64,000 nucleotides of DNA, from the sequence record NC_031103.1; one strand, written 5' to 3'. Made by a program: the position numbers and the translations under genes. The notes under the pieces are model-generated. The model saw only the letters and a program-made list of their open reading frames with translations, did no database searches and had not been told where the DNA came from. Positions 48,698 through 59,712 of this stretch are shown one piece after another. Position 1 is the first letter of the stretch, and every line of letters starts with the position of its first letter. The stretch comes from Escherichia phage vB_EcoM-UFV13.

Positions 48698-49447
48698 ATG
48701 GCAAACATTATTCGTTGTAAATTACCAGATGGTGTTCATCGTTTTAAACCATTTACGGTAGAAGATTATCGAGATTTTTTGTTAGTTCGAAACGATATAG
48801 AACATCGGTCACCACAAGAACAAAAAGAAGTAATTGCTGATTTAATTGCTGATTATTTTGGAGACTATCCAAAGACTTGGCAACCATTTATATTTTTGCA
48901 GGTATTTGTAGGGTCAATAGGTAAAACTAAAGTACCAGTCACATTTGTGTGTCCAAAATGTAAAAAAGAAAAGACGGTTCCATTTGAAATATATCAAAAA
49001 GAATTAAAGGAACCTGTTTTTGATGTAGCTAATGTTAAAATTAAATTAAAGTTTCCTTCTGAGTTTTATGAAAATAAAGCAAAGATGATTACTGAAAATA
49101 TTCATTCTGTTCAAGTAGATGAAATATGGTATGATTGGAAGGAAATTAGCGAGTCCAGTCAAATAGAACTAGTTGACGCCATCGAGATAGAAACATTAGA
49201 AAAAATTCTCGATGCAATGAATCCTATTAATTTAACATTGCACATGTCGTGTTGTAATAAGTATGTAAAAAAATACACTGATATAGTAGATGTGTTTAAG
49301 CTATTAGTTAACCCAGATGAAATATTTACTTTTTATCAAATTAATCACACACTCGTAAAAAGTAATTATAGCTTAAATTCAATAATGAAAATGATTCCTG
49401 CCGAGCGCGGATTCGTATTAAAACTGATTGAGAAGGATAAACAATAA
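48698..49447 (+). CDS. 51: Baseplate hub assembly catalyst
   Basis: 249 aa. Confidence 0.8.
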   Translation: MANIIRCKLPDGVHRFKPFTVEDYRDFLLVRNDIEHRSPQEQKEVIADLIADYFGDYPKTWQPFIFLQVFVGSIGKTKVPVTFVCPKCKKEKTVPFEIYQKELKEPVFDVANVKIKLKFPSEFYENKAKMITENIHSVQVDEIWYDWKEISESSQIELVDAIEIETLEKILDAMNPINLTLHMSCCNKYVKKYTDIVDVFKLLVNPDEIFTFYQINHTLVKSNYSLNSIMKMIPAERGFVLKLIEKDKQ

Positions 49448-50622
49448 TGAGTATGTTGCAACGCCCCGGATATCCAAATCTCAGCGTTAAATTATTTGAT
49501 AGCTACGACGCTTGGAGTAATAATAGATTTGTTGAATTAGCTGCTACTATTACCACATTAACTATGCGGGATTCTCTTTATGGCCGAAATGAAGGAATGC
49601 TGCAGTTTTATGATTCTAAAAATATCCACACAAAAATGGATGGGAATGAAATAATTCAGATTTCTGTAGCTAATGCAAATGATATTAATAATGTTAAAAC
49701 ACGAATTTATGGATGTAAGCATTTTTCCGTGTCAGTAGATTCAAAAGGTGATAACATCATTGCTATTGAATTGGGAACTATTCATTCTATAGAAAATCTT
49801 AAATTTGGTAGACCATTTTTCCCTGATGCAGGTGAATCTATAAAAGAAATGCTTGGCGTCATTTATCAGGATCGCACATTATTAACTCCAGCAATAAATG
49901 CCATAAATGCCTATGTTCCTGATATTCCATGGACTAGCACATTTGAAAACTATTTGTCATATGTAAGAGAAGTTGGTCTAGCTGTAGGAAGCGACAAATT
50001 TGTATTTGTGTGGCAAGACATCATGGGAGTTAACATGATGGACTATGATATGATGATAAATCAAGAACCATATCCAATGATTGTCGGTGAGCCATCTTTA
50101 ATAGGTCAATTCATCCAAGAATTAAAATACCCATTAGCATATGATTTCGTTTGGTTAACTAAATCGAATCCTCACAAACGTGACCCAATGAAAAATGCTA
50201 CTATCTATGCGCATTCATTTTTAGATTCTTCATTGCCAATGATTACTACGGGAAAGGGCGAAAACTCTATTGTAGTGTCAAGGTCAGGTGCTTATTCTGA
50301 AATGACTTATAGGAACGGATATGAAGAAGCTATTCGTCTTCAAACTATGGCACAATATGACGGATATGCTAAATGTTCTACTGTCGGCAATTTTAACTTG
50401 ACTCCTGGTGTTAAAATTATTTTTAATGATAGTAAAAACCAATTTAAAACAGAATTTTACGTTGATGAAGTTATCCATGAATTATCCAATAATAATTCAG
50501 TAACTCATCTATATATGTTCACTAATGCAACGAAACTGGAAACAATAGACCCAGTTAAGGTTAAAAATGAATTTAAATCTGATACTACCACTGAAGAAAG
50601 TAGTTCTTCCAATAAGCAATAA
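49447..50622 (+). CDS. 27: Baseplate hub protein
   Basis: 391 aa. Confidence 0.85.
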   Translation: MSMLQRPGYPNLSVKLFDSYDAWSNNRFVELAATITTLTMRDSLYGRNEGMLQFYDSKNIHTKMDGNEIIQISVANANDINNVKTRIYGCKHFSVSVDSKGDNIIAIELGTIHSIENLKFGRPFFPDAGESIKEMLGVIYQDRTLLTPAINAINAYVPDIPWTSTFENYLSYVREVGLAVGSDKFVFVWQDIMGVNMMDYDMMINQEPYPMIVGEPSLIGQFIQELKYPLAYDFVWLTKSNPHKRDPMKNATIYAHSFLDSSLPMITTGKGENSIVVSRSGAYSEMTYRNGYEEAIRLQTMAQYDGYAKCSTVGNFNLTPGVKIIFNDSKNQFKTEFYVDEVIHELSNNNSVTHLYMFTNATKLETIDPVKVKNEFKSDTTTEESSSSNKQ

Positions 50623-51100
50623 AGAAGTTTCTATTCCTAAAATGGGTCTTAAACATTATAACATTTTAAAAGATGTTAAAGGCCCCGATGAAAATTTAAA
50701 ACTTCTTATTGATTCTATTTGTCCGAATTTGTCACCGGCAGAAGTTGATTTCGTTTCTATTCATTTATTGGAATTTAATGGAAAGATTAAATCTCGTAAA
50801 GAAATAGATGGCTATACTTATGACATTAATGATGTTTATGTGTGCCAAAGATTAGAATTTCAATACCAAGGAAATACATTTTATTTTAGACCTCCTGGAA
50901 AATTTGAACAATTTTTAACGGTGAGCGATATGTTATCTAAATGCTTGCTTAAGGTCAACGATGAAGTTAAAGAAATTAATTTTCTTGAGATGCCAGCATT
51001 CGTTTTAAAATGGGCAAATGATATTTTTACAACTTTAGCAATTCCTGGCCCTAATGGTCCAATAACCGGAATTGGCAATATTATTGGATTATTTGAATGA
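50567..51100 (+). CDS. 28: Baseplate hub distal protein
   Basis: 177 aa; overlaps the gene 27 3' end in another frame. Confidence 0.75.
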   Translation: MNLNLILPLKKVVLPISNKEVSIPKMGLKHYNILKDVKGPDENLKLLIDSICPNLSPAEVDFVSIHLLEFNGKIKSRKEIDGYTYDINDVYVCQRLEFQYQGNTFYFRPPGKFEQFLTVSDMLSKCLLKVNDEVKEINFLEMPAFVLKWANDIFTTLAIPGPNGPITGIGNIIGLFE

Positions 51101-52869
51101 AAAAGCCACAAGAAATGCAAACGATGCGTAGAAAAGTTATTTCAGATAATAAACCAACACAGGAAGCGGCTAAATCCGCTTCCAACACTTTATCTGGACT
51201 TAACGATATATCTACGAAATTGGATGATGCTCAAGCTGCCTCTGAATTAATAGCTCAAACTGTCGAAGAAAAATCGAATGAAATAGTTGGAGCAATTGAC
51301 AACGTTGAAAGCGCAGTGAGTGATACTACCGCAGGTTCTGAGTTAATTGCCGAGACTGTTGAAATTGGCAATAATATCAATAAAGAAATCGGTGAATCAC
51401 TCGGGAGCAAATTAGATAAATTAACGAGTTTATTAGAACAAAAAATTCAGACAGCTGGAATTCAACAGACGGGAACGAGTTTAGCCACGGTTGAAAGCGC
51501 TATTCCTGTTAAAGTCGTTGAGGATGATACTGCTGAATCTGTAGGTCCTTTATTACCGGCTCCTGAAGCAGTTAATAATGATCCTGACGCTGATTTTTTC
51601 CCTACCCCTCAGCCAGTTGAACCCAAACAAGAATCACCAGAAGAAAAACAGAAAAAAGAAGCATTTAACTTAAAATTATCTCAAGCTTTAGATAAATTAA
51701 CAAAGACAGTTGATTTTGGATTTAAGAAATCTATTTCAATTACTGATAAAATATCAAGCATGCTATTTAAGTACACCGTCAGTGCTGCTATTGAAGCTGC
51801 TAAAATGACTGCAATGATACTGGCTGTTGTTGTTGGAATAGACCTTTTGATGGTTCACTTTAAATACTGGTCAGGTAAATTTTCACAAGCCTGGGACTTG
51901 TTTAGTGCAAACTTTACTAAATTCTCTAGCGAAACCGGAACATGGGGTCCTTTATTACAGAGCATCTTTGGTTCTATTGATAAAATTCAACAATTTTGGG
52001 AAAATGGAGATTGGGGCGGATTGACGGCAGCTATCATAGAAGGACTCGGAAGTGTTCTTTTTAATTTAGGAGAGCTTATTCAATTAGGCATGGCTAAATT
52101 ATCTGCTGCAATTCTTCGAGTCATTCCTGGCATGAAGGATACTGCTGATGAAGTAGAAGGAAGAGCACTGGAAAATTTCCAAAATACTACTGGAGCATCT
52201 CTCAATAAAGAAGACCAGGAAAAAGTTGCAAATTATCAGTACAAAAGAATGAATGGAGACCTTGGTCCAATAGCAAAAGGATTAGACAAAATTGCGAACT
52301 GGAAAACTCGTGCATCTAACTGGATTCGTGGTGTAGATAATAAAGAAGCACTAACATCTGATGAAGAGAGAGCAGAGGAAGAAGAAAAATTAAAGCAGCT
52401 TTCTCCAGAGGAAGCTAAAATTGCTTTAATGAAAGCTAATGAAGCTCGTGCTGCTATGAATCGTTTTGAAAAATATGCTGATTCAGCTGATATGAGTAAA
52501 GACTCAACGGTTAAATCAGTTGAATCTGCCTATGAAGACCTTAAAAAACGGATGGATGACCCGGATTTAAATAATTCAACGGCAGTTAAAAAGGAACTTG
52601 CTGCTAGATTTTCTAAAATTGATGCTACTTATCAAGAGCTCAAGAAAAATCAGCCTAATGCCAAACCTGAAACTTCTGCTAAATCGCCAGAAGCGAAACA
52701 GGTCCAGGTTATTGAAAAGAACAAAGCACAGCAAGCTCCTGTTCAGCAAGCATCTCCTTCAATCAATAATACTAATAATGTTATTAAGAAAAATACTGTC
52801 GTTCATAATATGACACCTGTCACAAGCACAACTGCTCCTGGTGTATTTGATGCGACTGGAGTTAATTAA
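51097..52869 (+). CDS. 29: Tail tape-measure / baseplate hub protein
   Basis: 590 aa. Confidence 0.85.
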   Translation: MKKPQEMQTMRRKVISDNKPTQEAAKSASNTLSGLNDISTKLDDAQAASELIAQTVEEKSNEIVGAIDNVESAVSDTTAGSELIAETVEIGNNINKEIGESLGSKLDKLTSLLEQKIQTAGIQQTGTSLATVESAIPVKVVEDDTAESVGPLLPAPEAVNNDPDADFFPTPQPVEPKQESPEEKQKKEAFNLKLSQALDKLTKTVDFGFKKSISITDKISSMLFKYTVSAAIEAAKMTAMILAVVVGIDLLMVHFKYWSGKFSQAWDLFSANFTKFSSETGTWGPLLQSIFGSIDKIQQFWENGDWGGLTAAIIEGLGSVLFNLGELIQLGMAKLSAAILRVIPGMKDTADEVEGRALENFQNTTGASLNKEDQEKVANYQYKRMNGDLGPIAKGLDKIANWKTRASNWIRGVDNKEALTSDEERAEEEEKLKQLSPEEAKIALMKANEARAAMNRFEKYADSADMSKDSTVKSVESAYEDLKKRMDDPDLNNSTAVKKELAARFSKIDATYQELKKNQPNAKPETSAKSPEAKQVQVIEKNKAQQAPVQQASPSINNTNNVIKKNTVVHNMTPVTSTTAPGVFDATGVN

Positions 52870-52877
52870 GGAATAAT

Positions 52878-53972
52878 ATGGCAATTGTTAAAGAAATAAC
52901 TACTGATTTAATTAAAAAGTCCGGTGAGAAAATTTCAGCCGGACAGAGCACTAAATCAGAAGTAGTAACTAAAACATACACTGCCCAGTTTCCAACTGGG
53001 CGTGCTAGTGGTAATGACACTACAGGGGACTTCCAGGTAACAGATCTATATAAGAATGGATTATTATTTACTGCATACAATATGTCATCTAGGGATTCTG
53101 GAAGTCTTAGATCGATGAGATCTAACTACTCTTCTTCATCTTCGAGTATTTTAAGTACAGCTAGAAACACTATTAGTAGTACAGTATCAAAACTATCAAA
53201 TGGATTAATATCAAACAATAATTCAGGAACAATAAGTAAAGCTCCTGTGGCAAATATTCTTTTGCCGAGATCTAAATCTGATGTTGATACATCATCACAC
53301 CGATTTAATGATGTTCAAGAAAGTCTTATCAGCAGAGGCGGAGGTACTGCTACTGGTGTGCTAAGTAATATTGCTTCAACTGCAGTATTTGGAGCACTGG
53401 AAAGTATAACACAAGGTATAATGGCTGATAATAATGAACAGATTTATACGACAGCCAGAAGTATGTATGGCGGGGCTGAAAATAGAACTAAAGTGTTCAC
53501 TTGGGATTTGACTCCACGTTCAACAGAAGATTTAATGGCTATTATTAATATCTATCAGTATTTTAACTATTTTTCTTATGGTGAAACAGGTAAATCTCAA
53601 TATGCTGCTGAAATAAAGGGGTATTTAGATGATTGGTATCGTTCTACGTTAATTGAACCTTTATCTCCGGAAGACGCAGCTAAAAATAAAACACTATTTG
53701 AGAAAATGACAGCAAGTTTAACGAACGTTCTTGTAGTTTCAAACCCGACAATTTGGATGGTGAAAAACTTTGGTGCAACATCTAAGTTTGATGGAAAAAC
53801 GGAAATATTTGGTCCATGCCAAATACAGAGCATTAGATTTGATAAAACGCCTAATGGTAACTTTAACGGATTAGCTATTGCTCCAAACCTCCCTAGTACA
53901 TTTACTCTCGAGATTACTATGAGAGAAATTATCACGTTAAACCGTGCTTCTTTATATGCGGGGACTTTTTAA
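52878..53972 (+). CDS. 48: Baseplate-tail tube junction protein
   Basis: 364 aa. Confidence 0.85.
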   Translation: MAIVKEITTDLIKKSGEKISAGQSTKSEVVTKTYTAQFPTGRASGNDTTGDFQVTDLYKNGLLFTAYNMSSRDSGSLRSMRSNYSSSSSSILSTARNTISSTVSKLSNGLISNNNSGTISKAPVANILLPRSKSDVDTSSHRFNDVQESLISRGGGTATGVLSNIASTAVFGALESITQGIMADNNEQIYTTARSMYGGAENRTKVFTWDLTPRSTEDLMAIINIYQYFNYFSYGETGKSQYAAEIKGYLDDWYRSTLIEPLSPEDAAKNKTLFEKMTASLTNVLVVSNPTIWMVKNFGATSKFDGKTEIFGPCQIQSIRFDKTPNGNFNGLAIAPNLPSTFTLEITMREIITLNRASLYAGTF

Positions 53973-54937
53973 TGTATTCTTTAGAGGAATTTAATAATCA
54001 AGCAATAAACGCAGATTTCCAACGTAATAATATGTTTAGCTGCGTTTTTGCGACAACTCCATCAACTAAAAGCTCTTCGTTGATAAGTTCAATTAGCAAC
54101 TTTTCTTATAATAACTTGGGCCTAAATTCAGATTGGTTAGGATTAACTCAAGGCGATATTAATCAGGGAATTACCACGCTAATTACTGCTGGTACACAAA
54201 AACTAATAAGAAAATCAGGAGTCAGTAAATATCTTATTGGTGCCATGAGTCAACGTACTGTCCAGAGTTTATTAGGCTCATTTACAGTCGGTACATATTT
54301 AATCGATTTCTTTAATATGGCGTATAATTCATCTGGATTGATGATATATTCTGTAAAAATGCCAGAGAATAGATTATCCTATGAAACTGACTGGAACTAT
54401 AATTCTCCTAATATTCGTATAACTGGGAGAGAATTAGACCCTTTGGTTATTTCATTTAGAATGGATTCAGAAGCTTGTAACTATCGTGCAATGCAAGACT
54501 GGGTTAACGCTGTTCAAGACCCAGTAACTGGATTACGTGCTTTGCCACAAGATGTCGAGGCAGATATTCAGGTTAATCTTCATGCTCGTAATGGATTACC
54601 TCATACTGCGGTGATGTTCACCGGATGCATTCCAATATCAGTGAGCGCTCCTGAGTTATCATATGATGGAGATAACCAAATAACTACATTTGACGTTACT
54701 TTTGCGTATAGAGTGATGCAGGCTGGAGCAGTTGATAGGCAAGCTGCGCTTGAATGGCTTGAATCTGCTGCTATAAATGGTATTCAAAGCGTTCTCGGAA
54801 ATAGTGGAGGTGTTACTGGACTATCTAATTCGCTTTCACGACTTAGTAGATTAGGAGGAACTGCAGGAAGCATTTCAAACATTAATACTATGACAGGGAT
54901 TGTCAATTCGCAAAGTAAAATATTAGGAGCAATATAA
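53972..54937 (+). CDS. 54: Baseplate-tail tube initiator protein
   Basis: 321 aa. Confidence 0.85.
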   Translation: MYSLEEFNNQAINADFQRNNMFSCVFATTPSTKSSSLISSISNFSYNNLGLNSDWLGLTQGDINQGITTLITAGTQKLIRKSGVSKYLIGAMSQRTVQSLLGSFTVGTYLIDFFNMAYNSSGLMIYSVKMPENRLSYETDWNYNSPNIRITGRELDPLVISFRMDSEACNYRAMQDWVNAVQDPVTGLRALPQDVEADIQVNLHARNGLPHTAVMFTGCIPISVSAPELSYDGDNQITTFDVTFAYRVMQAGAVDRQAALEWLESAAINGIQSVLGNSGGVTGLSNSLSRLSRLGGTAGSISNINTMTGIVNSQSKILGAI

Positions 54938-54940
54938 CAA

Positions 54941-54971
54941 TGGGGACCGAAAGGTCCCCATATTTTTATTT
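54941..54971. terminator. Bidirectional terminator between gene 54 and the convergent minus-strand ORF
   Basis: TGGGGACC-GAAA-GGTCCCCA hairpin followed by tatttttattt. Confidence 0.65.
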
Positions 54972-55256
54972 ACGGAATGAAATAAAAGCAGCAACTGAAG
55001 CAACTAAACTGTCTTCAATATAAACTTCAATTTTTACCGGAGCTTCTGACTCAAATTTACCTGTTACTACACCTTGAAAAATACTTTCAGTCTGTTCTGG
55101 CTTTGAAAAATTTTCAGAAGGAAAAATTCCGAACTTTTTATCCGTTCCAAAAATTTTGATAAATTCATCGTAAACTGCTTCATTAAAAGCATTATCAGCA
55201 GGAATAACGCCTTCAACTACAAGTTCTTGACCTAAAAAGCGCAAAGAAGATTTCAT
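54966..55256 (-). CDS. Hypothetical protein
   Basis: 96 aa ORF downstream of the alt paralogue. Confidence 0.55.
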   Translation of the reverse strand: MKSSLRFLGQELVVEGVIPADNAFNEAVYDEFIKIFGTDKKFGIFPSENFSKPEQTESIFQGVVTGKFESEAPVKIEVYIEDSLVASVAAFISFRK

Positions 55257-55316
55257 TTTGTGTTCCTCATGTTATGTCAGTAAGACTACTATAACACAAC
55301 ATAAGGAACTTGTAAA

Positions 55317-57374
55317 CTACATTTTGAACTTTTTAGACATTCCGTTGATGTTAACCAAAGAAGCTAAGATTTGAGAAACTTCGTTTTCCTCTTCTTTTGA
55401 TTCTTCTACAAGGAATTGATTAAATCCAGTCATTGGACGAACTTCACCAGTTTCCATCAGATGGTCGCCATCATATACTGATTCTTCTAATTGTTCAGAA
55501 GGAGGAACGATTGTACCTTCGATTAGATACTTGTTATAAGCAGTTTCTTTCATAAAGTAAGTACTTACTTTATTAATCTTCAGTAAAATTCCACGCGGTA
55601 GAATAACTTCAGCTTCTGATGGAAATCCTGATAAATGACCTGGAACGATAACTTTGATTCGCTCAGCTCCTTTAATTACCATACCCACGCTAGTTTCAGC
55701 ATCTTCATTAGCATATGTAGAATGACTACCCATATGCATTAAATCTTCGGCATCAACGGAACCTTCTCCTTCACCAGAAAATACTGCGCCGGAATCATCT
55801 AGAGCCATATAGTTTTTACCATGCTCACCGAAGATATTTGGTTTAAGCGATGTGGATACGAAGTTCTTGAAATAGAACATTTTATTTTCAATGTTATGAC
55901 GCAAAGTTTTAAAGGTAACTTCTTGTCCACGGTAAAGTGTAGTTCCTGGAGGAAGAACTGATCCTTTGGCAAAGGCAGAATCCAACGTCTCGATGTGCTT
56001 AATAGCTCGTTCCATGTATTCTTCACGGGTAGAATCTGGTTTACCCAAAAGGAACGAGTTCATTTCAACATATGAATCTGCACAATAATCTTCAATTACA
56101 TCAGATTCAGCTTGGGTTAGTCCTTTTGGAGTTACTTCGGTGCTTGCGTATTCATATGCCTGAGCAGCAGATTCATTAATCAATTTATAAATGCCATTCA
56201 TTACAAATTGAATAATAGCTGTCTTTTCATCTGGTGTAGCTTTAGAACCTTTAACTAAATCATTGATAATTTTCTTAATAACATCAAAGCTATTAGAAAT
56301 ATTAATGTCAGCAAGATCACTTAAAATTTTATCAGTTTTATAATCAAAGAATTCTTTATTCTTTAAATATTCTTGAGAACCTTGATATGTTATATCGCTC
56401 TGCAGCTTGATAGATGGATCGCGTAAACGTGCATGGGCCAATGCAATATGATTTCGGAAGCTTTCTAGTTCATAATCGTTAGATTTAAAACGAGAAGCAC
56501 TTCTCATACCACCGATAGCTCCTTTGCTGAAGTTTGAACCAATCTGAATAACGCCAGAGTTCATTGGTCCTTCTGCTTTATATACCGGAACCTTAGATTC
56601 AAACTCTTGATATTTCTTAGCAGCGAAGCTATCACCCTGAAGTGAAGCGTCAACAGTAGAATATTGAGCTTGTGCTGCTAATCGACGACTAATTTTAGTT
56701 TTCTGAATAACAGCTTGGTCAGTACGTTTATCATTTTCTAAAGCAATAGAAGCAGCAACAGCGACAGCTTTAGGAACAGCATTACCTGTTTTAACGTCTA
56801 CATAAACATCACCAACCTTTGATTCAACTTTTGTGAATAACTCAGTTGAAATAGGAGGTACACCTGGAATGTCTTCTAAATTGGCATTTTTACGGTAAAC
56901 CATAATATATGCATATTTCTTATCATAGTCCCAGATTTCCTTTAAGAGAACATATCGACCTGCTCCTTTAGTACGTACTAAACGGTCAGCAATAACTTGC
57001 ATTTGACGAGCAGCGCCATTTGTTTTACTTTTTAGTACGCGGAATAGGCATGCATCAATTTTATACTGCTTCATTGTTTGAAGAGCAGTATCAAAAACAG
57101 CATTAATGACACCAATTGGATTTCCACCCAAGTTTCTAAGCTTAACCAGCGATAATTTCTCGTTGACACCTATCATTACGATATGCATCATTTTATCGCC
57201 TGGCTTAACGTTTTTATTTGTATCACCGCCAGAGGTGTATGTACAAAATCTAAATCCAGGAAGCACACTTTCTTCACCGGCTTGAATAGCAAAAATTTGA
57301 GGTATTTTATGCTTAGGATTTAAGTTAACAACCGGCGCCGAAGCGCCGTCAAATAATTCTGTAATAAGTTCCAT
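55317..57374 (-). CDS. Alt-family ADP-ribosyltransferase paralogue (second copy)
   Basis: 685 aa; N-terminus MELITELFDGASAPVVNLNPK parallels the adjacent gene; ART motifs LYRG, FVSTS, EAEVILPRG. Confidence 0.85.
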   Translation of the reverse strand: MELITELFDGASAPVVNLNPKHKIPQIFAIQAGEESVLPGFRFCTYTSGGDTNKNVKPGDKMMHIVMIGVNEKLSLVKLRNLGGNPIGVINAVFDTALQTMKQYKIDACLFRVLKSKTNGAARQMQVIADRLVRTKGAGRYVLLKEIWDYDKKYAYIMVYRKNANLEDIPGVPPISTELFTKVESKVGDVYVDVKTGNAVPKAVAVAASIALENDKRTDQAVIQKTKISRRLAAQAQYSTVDASLQGDSFAAKKYQEFESKVPVYKAEGPMNSGVIQIGSNFSKGAIGGMRSASRFKSNDYELESFRNHIALAHARLRDPSIKLQSDITYQGSQEYLKNKEFFDYKTDKILSDLADINISNSFDVIKKIINDLVKGSKATPDEKTAIIQFVMNGIYKLINESAAQAYEYASTEVTPKGLTQAESDVIEDYCADSYVEMNSFLLGKPDSTREEYMERAIKHIETLDSAFAKGSVLPPGTTLYRGQEVTFKTLRHNIENKMFYFKNFVSTSLKPNIFGEHGKNYMALDDSGAVFSGEGEGSVDAEDLMHMGSHSTYANEDAETSVGMVIKGAERIKVIVPGHLSGFPSEAEVILPRGILLKINKVSTYFMKETAYNKYLIEGTIVPPSEQLEESVYDGDHLMETGEVRPMTGFNQFLVEESKEEENEVSQILASLVNINGMSKKFKM

Positions 57375-57377
57375 GAT

Positions 57378-59474
57378 TTATCCTTGAACGAACTTGTAAG
57401 GCATGTTTGTAATATCTATGCAAGACGCAATAATTCCAAGAGATGATTCTACTTTCTGTTTAACATTTGATGAAACAAATGATGCAAAGTCAACTCTGTC
57501 TTCTACTTCAATATCACCTGTCATTGCAACTACTTCACCGGTTTCCATTAAATGGTCTCCGTCATAGATTACCGATTCGGTGAGCTCTTCCGTAGTCATA
57601 ACTTCAGCTTGAATGAGTTTTGTATTATTAGATGTTGTTCCGTCATTATTAGAAGCATCAGTTATTTTATTAACTTTGACCATCAATCCGCGCGGTAGAA
57701 TAACTTCAGCTTCTGTTGCTATTCCGAGACTTCCTGGATATACAACATTAACTTTATGAGCTCCATCAATTGCCCATCCTATTTGAACTTTAACGTATTC
57801 AGGATTTTCTTTATACGCTCTTATTTCGTTTGGATTAATAGTTATTCCTTCTTCATTTTTATCAACTGTTAATTCATTGCGAGCTTCTGGTTCTAAAAGA
57901 CCAATACCAGCATGTGTAATTCCAAAACGTCCAAAAATGATAGGAGTTAAAGAAGTAGATACAAAATTTCTGAAATAGAACACTTTATTTTTAACTAGTG
58001 CTTCGTATATAGGAGCAGTCATACTTTGAGCACGATAAACTGTAATGCCTTCCGGTATGCGGTCACCATTTTCAAAAGCTGAATCTAAATTATTTATAGC
58101 AGATTCAATTTCTTTTTCACTCATTACATCATATCGTTCTGGATTGTAACGACCTAAAAGAAGATTATTAATGTCTGTATATCCTGAACCACAATATTCT
58201 CTAATACCTCGCTTTTGTGATGGAGTATATTTAGAACCATCACGGGCGATAGTAATATCAATCATTGGACCAGCGCCAATTCCGGAAAAGCTATAAATCA
58301 TTCGTTTGAGGAATTTAGTTTTTGCCGCATTCCAGGCATTTTTAGTTATTTCTCCCCAGACTTCATCTGACTGCCCTTTACGAGTTTTATTATGTTTATC
58401 AAGCCAATTATCTTTGTATTCTTCAAAGAATTTATTAACAGCTGCTGCGTATTTCTCTAAACATTTTATTGAAGTAGTTGGTTCATTTTTGATTGCGTTA
58501 AAAATTACATCTTTAATTTTTTCTGAAACTTCATCAACCTCACTTTTTGAAAAGAATTTATAGTCATAGTGAAGTTCATTCGCAGTTCCTTCGGCAATAA
58601 TTTTTGCTGCCTTAGTTTTAGAAGCTAATGAATTAATTCCAAGCTTCATTTCTTCTGCTTCGGGAATTAAAGGAGCGGTAGCAGGTTTATTGAAATTAGC
58701 TGCGGTAGATTCATACTTCTGGAATAATTCACTTTCAAATCTAGAAGATTCCAATGATTGACTTTGCGCAATTGCTCTACGGGAAATTTTAACTTTAACG
58801 ATTACAGCTTGGTCAGAACGCTTATCATTTTCTTGCGCAATAGATGCTGCAATTGCCTCATTTTTAGTTACTTGGGCTCCAGTATCTTTATTGATATAAA
58901 CATCACCGACCTTCGATTCAACTTTAGTAAAGAGCTCGGTACTAATTTCCGGAACTCCTGGAATGTCTTCTAGCGATACATTTTTGCGATGTATAAGAAT
59001 ATATGCATACTTTTTATCGTAATCCCAGAGTTCCTTAAGAAGGACGTATCTGCCACCTGAACGACTACGGATAAGTCTATCAGCAATAACTTGAATTTGT
59101 CGAGCTTGACCAGCAGTTTTAGACTTAAGAATACGAAGCATACAAGCATCAATTTTATATTGACGCATAGTTTGCATTGCAACAGTAAAAACTGAATTGA
59201 TATAATTAATTGGGCTTGGACCAAGACCTTTTAATTTAGCAATTGAACCTTTAGCAGTTAATGTAAAAGGAACAATATGCATCATTTTATCGCCCATCTT
59301 TAAATCGCGATTAGTATCACCTCCAGATGTATAGGTACATAAACGAAAGCCTGGTTGTTCAATTGCATCATCAACATGAACTGAAAAAATTTGTGGTATT
59401 TTCTTCTTTGGATTTAAGTTTGTAATCGGAAGAGTAGTATCTTCGTCAAATAATTCTGTAATAAGTTCCATCAT
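57378..59474 (-). CDS. alt: Alt ADP-ribosyltransferase (capsid-packaged, injected)
   Basis: 698 aa; ART motifs VYRA, FVSTS, TEAEVILPRG; N-terminus MMELITELFDEDTTLPITNLNPKKKIPQIF. Confidence 0.85.
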   Translation of the reverse strand: MMELITELFDEDTTLPITNLNPKKKIPQIFSVHVDDAIEQPGFRLCTYTSGGDTNRDLKMGDKMMHIVPFTLTAKGSIAKLKGLGPSPINYINSVFTVAMQTMRQYKIDACMLRILKSKTAGQARQIQVIADRLIRSRSGGRYVLLKELWDYDKKYAYILIHRKNVSLEDIPGVPEISTELFTKVESKVGDVYINKDTGAQVTKNEAIAASIAQENDKRSDQAVIVKVKISRRAIAQSQSLESSRFESELFQKYESTAANFNKPATAPLIPEAEEMKLGINSLASKTKAAKIIAEGTANELHYDYKFFSKSEVDEVSEKIKDVIFNAIKNEPTTSIKCLEKYAAAVNKFFEEYKDNWLDKHNKTRKGQSDEVWGEITKNAWNAAKTKFLKRMIYSFSGIGAGPMIDITIARDGSKYTPSQKRGIREYCGSGYTDINNLLLGRYNPERYDVMSEKEIESAINNLDSAFENGDRIPEGITVYRAQSMTAPIYEALVKNKVFYFRNFVSTSLTPIIFGRFGITHAGIGLLEPEARNELTVDKNEEGITINPNEIRAYKENPEYVKVQIGWAIDGAHKVNVVYPGSLGIATEAEVILPRGLMVKVNKITDASNNDGTTSNNTKLIQAEVMTTEELTESVIYDGDHLMETGEVVAMTGDIEVEDRVDFASFVSSNVKQKVESSLGIIASCIDITNMPYKFVQG

Positions 59475-59507
59475 AGCCTCTCTAGTGTTTATTCTATTTA
59501 TAAAATT

Positions 59508-59525
59508 AAAGGCCCGAAGGCCTTT
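59508..59525 (-). terminator. UUCG-tetraloop hairpin upstream of alt
   Basis: plus aaaggcccgaaggccttt. Confidence 0.45.
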
Positions 59526-59712
59526 AGTAATCTAGTGGTAAGAGAGTACGATATATTTCAAACTTTGGTCCTTTTTCATAGGCATCAAATGTTTCTGTAA
59601 ATTTATTATAAGCGTATGCATCTACAAATTCGAGAATGACTTGTGATACAGAAGTAGAAACATCTCCACCTTCTTTTTGAGCAATGACAATTGTTTCTAA
59701 GTAAGCTTTCAT
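59524..59712 (-). CDS. Hypothetical small protein
   Basis: 62 aa ORF between gene 30 and alt. Confidence 0.5.
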   Translation of the reverse strand: MKAYLETIVIAQKEGGDVSTSVSQVILEFVDAYAYNKFTETFDAYEKGPKFEIYRTLLPLDY

